Assembly: GCF_004010195.1 (NCBI RefSeq)
Contig: NC_057750.1
Span: 7,833,946-7,897,945, forward strand
Direction: 5' to 3'
Origin: Chiloscyllium plagiosum
Taxonomy: Eukaryota
Length of the DNA: 64,000 bases
The position numbers were made by a program, and so were the translations under genes. This document shows, in pieces, positions 26,011 to 37,957 of the stretch; position 1 is the stretch's first letter; every line of letters begins with the position of its first letter. The notes beneath the pieces are model-generated. The model was given only the letters and a program-made list of their open reading frames with translations. It did no database searches and was not told the origin of the DNA.

Positions 26011-27879
26011 TGATACATGTCCAGGCTGCCATTCCTAATGCAATGCCTCATTAACAGATTTTGAAATGAGGTCACATCTACCCTATCGGGTGGATGGAAA
26101 AGCTGCCTCAATTTTGACAACAAGCAAGGGAGCAATCTCTGGTGTCCCAACCAATACTTATCCATCCAGCAACATTGGTGAAATAGATTGGCTGGTTATT
26201 ATCGCATTTGCTGGTTTGCTGTAAAGAGTTTCAGGATGTGCTGACATTGTGAAAGGCACTGTATAATTTCTTTTGTAGCATCATCTTTTCTTCACTATGC
26301 ACGGTGTACTTATTTCAATCTCTGCCAAAATGAGCCAGATCTTTCCAACTGCCTGGGAGACCTGGGAGTTGGTTTCTTCACATTGCTGTGGAAAAAGGTA
26401 GAGCTTTGCACTCTTTCCTGTCCACATAGGGAAAGCCTCTGGCTCTCAGCTCAGGATCAGCAGCAGCATTAATAAGAGACTACAAGAGACCTGACCTTTA
26501 TAAAATAAATACAGTAGCATTTATAACCTGTCAGCACATGTCTTGTGACCAGGCACTATGCAATCAGATATCACATGACCAAATCTCCAGCAATACATCC
26601 CGGAAGAGTTGCCAATCTTATGTAATACACTGTGACCCACAATCAACCATTAGTGTTCCAAAGGTTATGTTTATCACTGTGATAGCACTTTACTGAAGCT
26701 TACCTTAATAATGCAAGCCCACCCTGCTTTGATGTTAACAAAACTGCTTTGCCAGTGTGTCTTCTCCATACAAATGTAACATTTCAGCACAATCAAGATT
26801 GGATCAATGTTTTTCTCCATCTAACCTAGCTCCATTCTTTTTCCCTTGCCTCAAGATTTTTTAATGTAACCTTTTATTACAACAACCATATGCATAATAT
26901 TGATACTTAATATTGCCAGTAAATGTTCAACCAAAATATAACTCATCCATCAGTAAAATGTAAGAAAATAGAAGAGGTAAGTGTTGATTTCATTGATATT
27001 TACAATATCATGAATCTTGGGATCATCCCAACATTTTTAAAATTTATTCATGTGATGGCATCATTAGCCATGCCAGCATTTATTGCCCTTTCCTCATTGC
27101 TCTCAAAAAGGTCTTGAATACAATTTAATAACACGCTTGCAAAATCAGCAGGAGCTGACTTACATTTGTGTAATGCCTTGTCTATCAAAAATTTATCTAA
27201 CTCTGCCTTGAATGAATTCAAAGACGCAGCCTTTTACTTTCCGGGACAGAGAAATCCACAAACTAATAACCCTCTAAACAAAAAAAAATTCACATCTCCG
27301 TCTTAAAGAGGAGTTCCCTTACTTCCAACCTGCATCACCTCTTTCTAATTTCTCCTAAATGTGGGAATATCCTCCCAGTATTCAACCTATCAATTTATAT
27401 ATTTCAAGAAGGTTACCATCTTAGTCCATTAGTGTAATAATTAGTCCAAGCCCCTGAGTTACTAATCCAGTAAGTAACATAACCATTCTGCTACCGTTCC
27501 CTTGTGAATATTGATTGAGACAGCAGAGAGTACTCCCTTGCTCTTTGTCAACTAGTGCCAAGCTCTTGCACACAATAAACTTAATTTTAATCTCATACAA
27601 AAGCTCCAACTCTGCAGCCCTCTCTCAGGAGTACATTGGGAGTGTCAGGCTAAATTGCATGAGGCCTCTGGAGTGGGACTTGAACTCAAATCATTTTGAC
27701 TCAGAAGCAAGAGTGCTCCCCGCTGAACCAGAATTTTAATTAGCAGTAAAGTGAACAATTTTAGAACTGGTCGATGCGAAAAAAGGAGGTTCCAATCCAC
27801 AAGCCATTGCAGCGTGGGCATGTCAAAAGTTCCTTCTTGTATTACTTGTTAGATCAAGAATGAATATGGCCATTAGTAG

Positions 27880-28213
27880 GTTAAGATTAGATTCCCCACA
27901 GTGTGGAAACAGGTCTTCGGCCCAACAAGTCCACACCAACCCTCCGAAGAGTAAACCACCCAGACCCGTTCCTCTATGTTTACCCCTGGCTAATGCACCT
28001 AACCTACATATCCTTGAACACTATGGGCAATTTAGCTTGGCCAATTCATCTGACCTGCACTCTTTGGATTGTGGGAGGAAACCGGAGCACTCGGACGAAA
28101 TCCATGCAGACACAGGGGCAATGTGCAGACTCCACACAGACAGTCGCCCGAGGTTGGAATCAAACCCGGGTCTCTGGCATTGTGAGGTAGCAGTGGTAAC
28201 CACTGTGCCACCC
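27880..28213 (-). mobile_element. HE1-type SINE
   Basis: Full-length reverse copy ending ccactgtgccacc. Confidence 0.85.
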
Positions 28214-30259
28214 AGTTGGTTAAGTCCAGTTGGTTTTTTTTTTGGAGTATCTGGCCATCACAAAAGCACAGCCAAGATGAGAAAATCACTGTGAAGAAAA
28301 ATCAGTTACGTAGATCAGTAACGGTACATCTAAGATTATGAAGTGATTCCTGAACACGTTTATTAACTCTAGTTGAATGTATTCCTGGAGATCTCAAATG
28401 AGCATGTGTCCATTGATACACCCCAATGCTCCTGCCATTGGTCAACTGACAGAGTCATAGAAACATACAACACAAAAGGATGCCCATCCTTATGACCCCC
28501 TGTCCTCTGATGGCCAATTGGAAAGCCAAAAGACCCTGCATTATTTAACTGGATGATTCCTGACTACAGAGTATTTACAACCCAGAAACAGGCCATTTGG
28601 CCCAATTGGATGCTTATATTCCATGCAAGTGCCCTCTATTCCATCTACCCCATCTCAGCCTTTCAACATATCTTTCTGCTGTCTTTTCTCTCATGTACTC
28701 ATCTAATTACATGTTGGAAACATATTAGCTATTTGCCACAACCATTCCACATTAAAACCTTTCTTTGAGTGAAGAAATTTCCCTTCATTTACCCATTGAA
28801 TTTGTTAGTAACTATGTTGTATTAATGACCCCTGATCTCATACTTTTCCATCAATACTCAGGCTTCAACCTGCTCCACTAATCCATGCTATCCTTGACAG
28901 ATGATCTTCTCCCATCTTTATTGCTTTTATAACCAATAAACAGGGGTATTCAAAGAAAAATTTAAAATACTCTAATGGTTTTTCTCCAGTGTGTATTTGC
29001 AACAGTGTCTGGAGGATAAATTTGCAATTCCTGGAGACACCTGATCATCACGGAAAAATGGGAAACCTTGCTCATGAATGGAACACACCAACTTGCACCT
29101 GCAAGCACAGTTCCTGTCAATGAGGAGCAAGTGTATGAGAGAGTATGCTGGCCTGGATTCAATCTATTTTTCAGCAGCCAACAACTTTGAAAACAAGGTA
29201 TTATTTGAGTTACAAATGTGTTATCTTTTGTACTGACCCGTTTGACCACAAATTTAAGTTGAAATGCAAGTTAAAGTAAAGTATAAGTTACATTCAAATT
29301 GTAGATATAGTAGTTTTTTTTTAATGACTCCATATTCCTTGCCTCGGATATAGTAGTATTAACCCTGTTGCAGTGGAGCAAGTCCAGACAATGATATAAC
29401 ATTATGGAATGATATTTAGTATAATTTCCAGGGATTGTAAGTTGCCCATAGTGTCTCGGTTCTCACTTTTTTGGGAAGAGGGTACCTTAGCTGAACCTGA
29501 AGTGTCTTGTCACTTAGTAGTAAGATCATAAGATGCTAGAGCTTAAACATACCATTTGGCCAATCAAGTCTGCTCCATCATTCAATGAGGTCATGGCTGA
29601 TCTGATAATCCTCAGCTCCACTTTCCTGCCTTATCCTTATAACACTTGATTCCCTTTACGATAAAAATCTGTGTTCAGGTCTCTCCCTGATCGATTGAGG
29701 CAAGGACCCTACTGCTGCCCTGTTCAAGTTTGTTTAAATGCCATGCAAAGGGAGACATTGCACTGGAGAGGATGCAGAGGAGTTTCATCAGGAGGTTGCC
29801 TGGGCTGGAGGGTTTTCGTTATGAGGAGAAGTTGGATAGACTGGCATTGTTTTCCTTGGCGTGGGGAACACTGAAGGGGTCATGATTGCGTTGCTGTATT
29901 GCGACCTTGATTCCTTGTGGAGCCTGGAGTCATGAGAAAAAGGCTGACAATCCAGACTCAGCTGAGAGTATGAAATGTACTGTTTTTGGTTCTCAGGAGT
30001 GAAGATGCTGAAAGCTGAGCCACAGTTAAGTGGATGTCTTTTATTTTTGCAATGAAACCTTCAGTGTAAGTGCTGCTGCACAACATGGAACTAGGAAGTG
30101 ATGGGATTTGACCATTCCCCAAATATGTTGAGGTGAACTCCTGTTCTCCCAGATCAGTTGCTGAAAAATAGAAGTGTTTGTGTATGTTCCTCATTTTTGA
30201 AAATAAGCAGAAGTTTGAAAATTTGCTGCTGTTACAGACATGTAATGTAAGAGGTGTTA

Positions 30260-31980
30260 TAGAGTCACAGAGCCTGCTCTGCCATTCTGATATCCCTTAC
30301 ATCCAGTTTCCTGCCCTTTCCCTGTAATCTTGATTCCCCTACTGATCATATTATCAATTATCTCAGTCCTAAATGTACACAAGGACTCTGCCCCCTAAGT
30401 TCACTATGGTAAGGAGTTCCAAAGACTCTGAACCATCTGAGAGAAGAAATTCCTCCTCATCTCAGTCTTCTATTGGTGCACCTTTTACTCTGAGACTATG
30501 CCTTCTGGCCCTTGACTCTCCCTCAAGGGGAACCATCTCTCAGTATTTATCCTGTTAAGTCCCTTAAGAATCCTATATGTTTCAATGAGATCACTTCTAA
30601 TTCTTGAAAATTCCAATGAGTAGAATCCCAACTGGCTCAACCTTCATAAGACAATCCCTCCATATTGGGGATCATCCTCGTTATAACTTTCTGTTATGAT
30701 ATTTTTCCTTAAGTAATGGGACTAAAACTGCTCACAGTATTCCAGATGTGGTATCACAAGCATCTTGTACAGTTGCAATGAGACTTCCCTACTCTTATGC
30801 TCCAACCTCCTTGAAATAATGGCCAACGTTCCATTAGCCTTCCTGATTACCTGAGGACCTGTGTGCTGGCTTTCTGTGTTTTATGCCCAGGTAGCTCCGA
30901 GTCCCTTTGTGTTGCAGCTTTCTGTGGTTTTATGAGGGTTTCTGCCTCCGCCACCTTTACAGGCAGTGAGTTCCAGAATTCCACCCTCCTTTGGGTGAAA
31001 AGATATTTTTCTTGCATCCCCTCTTAAATTTCCTGCGCCTTACTTTAAATCTCTGCCCCCCGTCATTGATCTCTCTATCAAAAGGAAAATCTCCTTCCTA
31101 TCTACCTTTCTCTGCCCTTCGATTTTATACAATGCAATCATGACCCCTTCAGTGTTCCCCACTCCAAGGAAAACAATGCCAGTCTATCCAACTTCTCCTC
31201 ATAACGAAAACCCTCCAGCCCAGGCAACCTCCTGATGAAACTCCTCTGCATCCTCTCCAGTGCAATCACCTCCCTCTTATAATGTGGATTCCAGGACTGC
31301 ACATAATATTCCAATTTTGGCCTTATCAACATTTTAAAATATTCCAGCATAACCTCTCTGCTCTTAAACTCAATGCCTCAGGTAATAAAGAAAGGCAAGT
31401 ATCCCATATGCCTGCATAACCAATTCATCTACCTATTCTGCTACTCTAAGGGACCAGTGGACATGCATGTCCACATCTCTCTAATCCTCCGTGCTTCCCA
31501 AGGCCCTACTGTTTATCCTGTATTCTCTTGCTGTTTGTCCTGACCAAATGTATCACCCTACACTTACTCAGATTAAATTCCATTTGCCACAGTCCATCTC
31601 CTCCCATAATCTAAGACTCTCTCTGTTATTATGTATCACCCCACCAATTTTCTTATCATCTGCAAACTTACTGTTCAACCATCTGACATTCAGGCCTAAA
31701 TCATTTATGTATACCATAAACAGCAAAGGTCCCAACACTGATCTCTGTGGAACCCACTACACATAAGCTTCCAGTCACAAAAACACCCCTCAACCATCAT
31801 CATCTGTTTCCTGCCACTCGGCCAATTCTGGATGCATTTAATCAAAATTCCTTAGACCTACGGGACTTACCTTCATTATCGGTCTTCCATGCAAGACCTT
31901 ATCAAAAGCTTTGCTAAAGTCCAAATTGATGATATCAAATGCATTGCCATCATCCACACACCTGGTCAGCTCTTCATTAA
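30260..31980 (-). mobile_element. CR1 LINE fragments (minus strand)
   Basis: LIRPKLEYYVQSWNPHYKREVIALERMQRSF...LEGFRYEEKLDRL and RT-region remnants. Confidence 0.75.
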
Positions 31981-31989
31981 GAACTACAT

Positions 31990-34300
31990 TACGGCTGTAC
32001 TTAGAGAGGGTATTCCTGAGGGATCATCCAATGAAGTTATATGGTGGAACTGAAAAATAGGAAGGGGATAATCACCTGGATGGACTTGTACTGCATGGTC
32101 CCCAATAGTCAGCAGGAAATTGAGGAGCAAATATGTAGGGAGATCTCAGATATCTGAAAGAACAATAGGATTGTAATGATAGGGGGTTTTAACTTTCCAA
32201 ACAAACTGGGACTGTCGTAGTGTAAAGGGCTTGGATAGGGAGGAATTTGTTAAGCATGTTTAAGAAAATGTTCTTCCTCAATATGTGGATGTACCTACTA
32301 GAGAAGGAGCAAATCCCGACCTTCTTTTGGGAAATAAGTCAGGGCAATTTACTGAGGTGTTAGTGGGGGAGCACTTTGGGACCAGCGATCATGATTGTAT
32401 TAGTTTTAAAATAATTATGGAAAAGAATAGGCCTTTTTCTGAAAGTTAAAATTCTAAATTGGAGTAAGGCCAATTTTGGTCATATTTGACAAGAACTTTC
32501 AAAGGTTGATTGGGGGAGGCTGTTCATAGGCAAAGACATGAGATAATGAGAGTACAGTGACAGAATGTTCCTGTTAGTGTGAAGGGCAAGGCTGGTAGGT
32601 GTAGGGAACACTGGATAACTAGAGATATTGATGCTCTGGTGAAGAAAAAGAAGGAGGCAATGACAGGTATAGACAGTTGGGATCAAGTGAATCCCTGGAG
32701 GAGTATATGGGAGTAGGAGTACACTTAAAAGGGAAATCAAAAGGGCAACAAGGAGACATGAGATAGCTTTGGCAAATAAGTTAAAGAGAATCCTGAGAGA
32801 TTCAACAAGTACAATAAGGGTAATATAATAACTAGGGAGAGAATAGGGCCCGTTAAAGGTCAATGAGGCTGTCTATGTGTGGAATCACAGGAGATGATTG
32901 AGATACTAAACAAATATTTTGCCTCAGTATTTGCTGTTGAGAATGACATGGAAGCCAGGCAAATTGGGGAAATAAGTAGTGATGTCTTGAAAAGATTCCA
33001 CGTCACAGAAGAGGATGTACTGGACCTCTTAAAACATGTAAAAGTAGATAAATAACCGGGACCTAATCAGGTGTATTCCAAAATATTATGGGAAGCCAGA
33101 GAAGAGATTGCATCCCTTGCAGAGATATTTGTATCATCGACAGCTGTGCATGAGGTGCCAAAAAACCAGAGGGTGGCTAATGTTGTGCCATTGTTTAAGG
33201 AAAAGCCAGGGAACTATAGATTGGTGAGTCTGATTTCAGTGGTGGTTAATTTGTCGGAGGTGATTCTGCAAGATAGGATTTGTATGCATTTGGAAAGGCA
33301 AGGGCGGGTTAAGGAAAGTCAGCATGGCTTTATGTGTGGGAAATTGTGTCTCACAAATTTGATTGAATACTTTGAAGAGGTTACCAAGAAGATAGGTGAA
33401 AGCAAAGCGTTTACATGGACTTTAGCAAGCCCTTCAACAAGGTCCCGCAAGGTAGATTGGTTTGTAAGGTTAGATCACATGGGAATTAGGAAGCGATAAC
33501 CAATTGGAGACAAAATTGGCTTGATGGTAGAAGACAGAGTATGGTGGTAGATGATTGTTATTTGGACTGGAGGCCTGTAACCAGCAGTGTGCCACAAGAA
33601 TCAGTTCTGTGTCTACTGTTGTTTGCTATTTATATCAACGATTTGGATGAGAATATAGGAGGTTTAGTTTGTAAGTTTGCGGAAGACACCAAAATTGGTA
33701 GCATAGTGGACTGTGAAGAGGGTTATCTAAGAATACAACAAGATCTCGATAATATGGAACAATGGGCTGAGAAGTGGCAGATGGAGTTTTATTTAGATAA
33801 ATGAGGTGTTGCATATTGGTAAGACAAACCAGGACAGAACATACACAGTTAATGGTAGTGCCATGGGGAATGTTGTTGAACAGAGGGACCTAGAGGTGCA
33901 GGTTCATTGTGTCTTGAAAGTGACATGGCAGGTAAACAAGGTGGTGAAGAAGACATTTGGCATGCTTGCCTTCATTGGTCAGAGCATTGAGTACATCATT
34001 TGTTGCAGCTGTACAAGATATCGGTGAGGCCACTTTTGGAATACTGCTTACAATTCTGGTCGCCCTGCTCTAGGAAGGATATTGTTAAACTAGAAAGAGT
34101 ACAGAAAAAGATTACCAGAATGTTGCTGGGACTGGAGGGTTTGAGTTAAGGAGAGGCTGGATAGGCTGGGACTTCTTGCCATGGAGCATTGGAGGCTGAG
34201 GAATGACCTTATAGAGGTTCATTAAATCATGAGGGGCATTGATAAGGTGAATAGTCAAGGTTTTTTTCCAAGGGTAGGGGAGTTCAAAACTAGAGCCACA
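31990..34300 (+). mobile_element. Long degenerate CR1 LINE ORF2 (endonuclease-RT)
   Basis: VANVVPLFKEKPGNYRLVSLISVV, QHGFMCGKLCLTNLIEYFEEVT, YINDLDE...KFAEDTK. Many stops and frameshifts. Confidence 0.88.
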
Positions 34301-34734
34301 GCTACCTGTCCAGCCCGCTCTGAATATTGTATGTTTCACTAAGGTTTCCTTTACATCATCTACATTCCAATGAGTACAAGCCCAACCTATTCAACCTCCT
34401 CTTGTAAGAAATTCCCTCTAAATCCAGAATCAATTTAGCAGAACTTCTCCAGACTGTCTCCAATGCCAGTATATCTTTCCTTCGATAAGGGGACGAAAAT
34501 TGTAATCACAGAGAACATAGGCTGTCCAGTCTGTCTGTCTGAGAGGGGAGATGTTCTTTGATAAAGTCAAACACTGATCATTAGGATTCTGAGTGTAAGT
34601 TGATATAAGAACTGGTGCTCAAGTAGTGAGTCATGAGTAGTTTGAGAGTTGCTGTTTTCAGGGCAAATAGAATGGTTAATCAGGATTTTTTGTGAGCTCC
34701 AAGTAAAGAAAATCAAACATTTCTTTTACTCAGC

Positions 34735-35120
34735 CCGGACAATCACAAAGGCCAACCTCCCATCTATAGAATCCATCTACTAAGCACGCTGTCAAGGAAA
34801 GGCCGCCAGCATTCTCAAAGATCCATCCCGCCCTGGCAATGCTTTTTTACAACCTATACCATTGGGGAGAAGGTACAAAAGCCTGAACACACAACAAGTT
34901 TCGAAACAATTTCTACCCTATTGTTGTTAGAATACTGAATGGACTCACAAACTCTTAACATTCGCTTGTACCTGTGTTTTTGTTTTTGCCACTGTTTACC
35001 TATTATTTACTTATCTATGCTACTTAACTGTGTGATTTGCCTGTGTTGCTTGCAAGACAAAGCTTTTCACTGTGCCTCGGTACACATGACAATAAACTCA
35101 ATTCAGTTCAATTCAATTCA
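34735..35120 (+). mobile_element. Rex1/Babar-like non-LTR retrotransposon 3' end
   Basis: Degenerate translation LPSIESIY..RCQGKAASILKDPSRPG..F.QP.PLGRRYKSL...NNFYP..VRILN, then AATAAA and an (ATTCA)n tail. Confidence 0.7.
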
Positions 35121-35129
35121 TGTCTGTTG

Positions 35130-37110
35130 ACAAGTTGAGTCATGGCAAATGAAGTACAATACAGATAATTGTGAGGTTATCCACTTTGGTAGCAGAAACA
35201 GGAAGGCAGATTATTATCTAATTGGCGAAGGATTGTGAAGTGGGAGGTGCAACGAGACCGGGGTGTCCTTGTACAGCAGTTGCTGAAAGTAAGTATGCAG
35301 GTGCAGAAGGCAAACGGTTGGATGACCTTCTTCATAGTGGAAGGATTTGAGTACAGGAGCACGGCTGTCATGCTGCAATTGTACAGGGCCTTGGTGAGAT
35401 GACATCTGGTGTATTGCACGCAGTATTAGTGTCCTTATTGGAGGAAGGATGTTCTGCTGTACAGGGAGTACAAGGAAGGTTTGTCAAACTGGGTCTTTGG
35501 ATAGCAGAACGGATGTATGCAGAGAGAGTGGATCAGTTACAGTCATATTCACTGGAGTTTAGAAGAATGGGAGGGAGGTTGAATCTTGTAGAAATATAGA
35601 AAATTCTAACAGATTTAGACTGGCTTAAACACGGGAATGATGTTCCTGATGACCGAGGAATCCAGGGCTAGGGTCACAGCCTAAGGATATAGAATTGAAT
35701 CATTTAGGACTGAGATGAGAAAGATCTTCACCCAGAGAGTTGTGAGCCTGTGGAATTTTCTGCCACAGAAAGCAGTTGAAGCCAAAACATAGAATGCTTT
35801 CAAGAAGAATACTGCATACAGTTCTATAGGAAGAACGTTGTTAATCTTGAGAGAGTGCAGAAAATATTTCCAAGGATTTGCTGGGAGTGGAAGGTTTGAG
35901 TAACAAGAAGAGGCAAAATAGGCTTGAGCTTTTTTCTCTGGAGCATCAGAGGCTGAGGGGTGACCTTGTAGAGATTTATAAAATCATGAGGGGCAAGGAT
36001 AGCGTAAACAGATAGGGTCTTTTCTCCAGGGTAGGTGAGGTACAAAACTAGAGGGCAAAGGTTTAAGGTGAAAGGGAAAAGACTTAAAAGGAACCTGAGG
36101 GGTAACTTACACGCAGAAGATAGTGTGTGTTTGGAATGAGCTGCCAGAGGAAGTGGTGGAGTTTGGTACAATTACAACATTTAAAAGGCATCTGGATGGG
36201 TATATGAATAGGAAGGGTTTAAAGGAATATGGGCCAAGTGCTGGCAAATGTCACTAAGTAAAGTTAGGATGTCTGATTAGCGGCAGACGAGTTGCACTGA
36301 TGGGTTTGTTTCAGTGCTTTATAGCTCTAACTATGACTTTAGAGGGCATAGGTTTAAGGTGAGAGGAGAAAGGTTTAAAAGAGACCTGAAGTGATGCTGG
36401 TATGGAATGTGCTTCCAGAGCAAATGGTAGAGGCAGGTACAATGACAAAATTTAAAAGACATTTGGACAGGTACATGAATAGAATAGGTTTAGAGGGATG
36501 TGGGGTGAAAATGTGTTGCTGGAAAAGCGCAGCAGGTCAGGCAGCATCCAGGGAACAGGAGAATCGACGTTTCGGGCATAAGCCCTTCTTGATTCTCCTG
36601 TTCCCTGGATGCTGCCTGACCTGCTGCGCTTTTCCAGCAACACATTTTCAGCTCTGATCTCCAGCATCTGCAGACCTCACTTTCTCCTTAGAGGGATGTG
36701 GGCCAAGTGCAGGCAAATGCGACTAATACAATTTAGGTTACATGGTTGGCATGGATGAATTGGACTGAAGGGTCTCTTTCTGGGCTGTATGACTCTATAA
36801 ATTGGTCAGATGTGACCACCCCTTAACAAAACCATGCTGACTGTTATTGATTAATCCCATCTAATCTCCAAGAATCTTGTATGTTGCAATTATATGGCCT
36901 CTCATTTTTCTATATTTCAACAAATACAGTCCCAACCTCATCAACCTCTCCTCATAAGACTGTCCCTCCATACCTGGTATCAGACTAGTGAACCTTCCCT
37001 GGACTGTCTCCAATGCCAATGTATCTTTCCTTAGATAAGGCATCCAAAACTGTTCAGCATTCCATTGTAGTCTGACTAATACCTGATATAGTTTTAATAA
37101 ATCCTCCCTA
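35130..37110. mobile_element. Cluster of CR1 3' fragments in both orientations
   Basis: Repeated RGDL.E.YKI and VWNELP motifs and 3' tails. Confidence 0.75.
36505..36687. mobile_element. Penelope-derived fold-back mini-element inserted in a CR1 3' end
   Basis: 15-bp TSD ttagagggatgtggg (36490-36504, 36688-36702). Perfect 60-bp inverted arms 36506-36565 and 36591-36650. The loop carries a partial minus-strand hammerhead core. Confidence 0.88.
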
Positions 37111-37740
37111 CTTAATTTCCTGTGAAATATCCTAATCCACAGAGAGTCATGTTCACTCATCACCTGTGACTCCCTTGCCTCCTGGTTAAGAAAAACCTTC
37201 ATTTTAAAATTATCATTCTTATTTTCAATTTCCTCCGTAGTTTTGCTCTTCTGGATCTCTCAAATCTCCTCAAATCTGCAACCCTATAGGATATCTGTGC
37301 TTCTCTAATTTTGGCCCCTTGAGCATCTCTGGCTTGAAGTATCTGGCTTGAAGCATTTGGTGATGATACATTCAGCTGCCTGGGCCATAAGCCCAGACAT
37401 CTATCTGCCACTTGGCCTCTTTCTTCCTAGAGGATGTTTCCTTCACCAACTCTTTGACCAAACTTTTGATAATCTGCTCTAATATTTCCTAATATATCTC
37501 TGTATCAGACTTTGTTTCTGAGGCTCATGTGAAATATCTTGGGACATTTTATATGAATGCTTGCTATTATTATTCAGTCATGACTTTGTTGAATGATGGA
37601 AGGTTTGAGAAGATTTACTCCAGTTCCTATTTCTTAATTTTTGTTAATAGTCAACAAGTCCAATGTATTCACTGACCTCTAAAGGAATACCAAACTGGGG
37701 AGATTCCATTCTGCACGTAGTCATCAATTAATGAGTACTT

Positions 37741-37780
37741 TTATCTCTTCGCAGAATAATGTCTCTATTTTTGTTTTTAG
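37741..37780 (+). promoter_or_regulatory. FKRP: Probable 3' splice acceptor of the FKRP coding exon
   Basis: Polypyrimidine tract gtctctatttttgtttttag ending at 37780. Alternative AGs at 37754 and 37880. Confidence 0.55.
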
Positions 37781-37957
37781 ATCCAAAGAAGACTGTATGT
37801 TTCTGGTGAATTAATTGCAACTATTAGTTGACCATGAATCAGGATCTTGATGTGATTGGTCATTTTTGCAATTTTAAAAGACAATGAGAGATAATTCAAG
37901 AAAAGCTGCAACGTGAACAAATTAATTATCAACACTACTGAATTATTAAAAAGCACA

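Noticed and set aside
31231..31245. CTGATGAAAC resembling a hammerhead core
   Set aside because: No helix II or separate GAAA. It is antisense CR1 coding sequence.
37913..37957. 15-codon N-terminal extension of FKRP in the ORF track
   Set aside because: It starts at GTG under bacterial-style calling. The ATG at 37958 matches the expected MR...CQ start.
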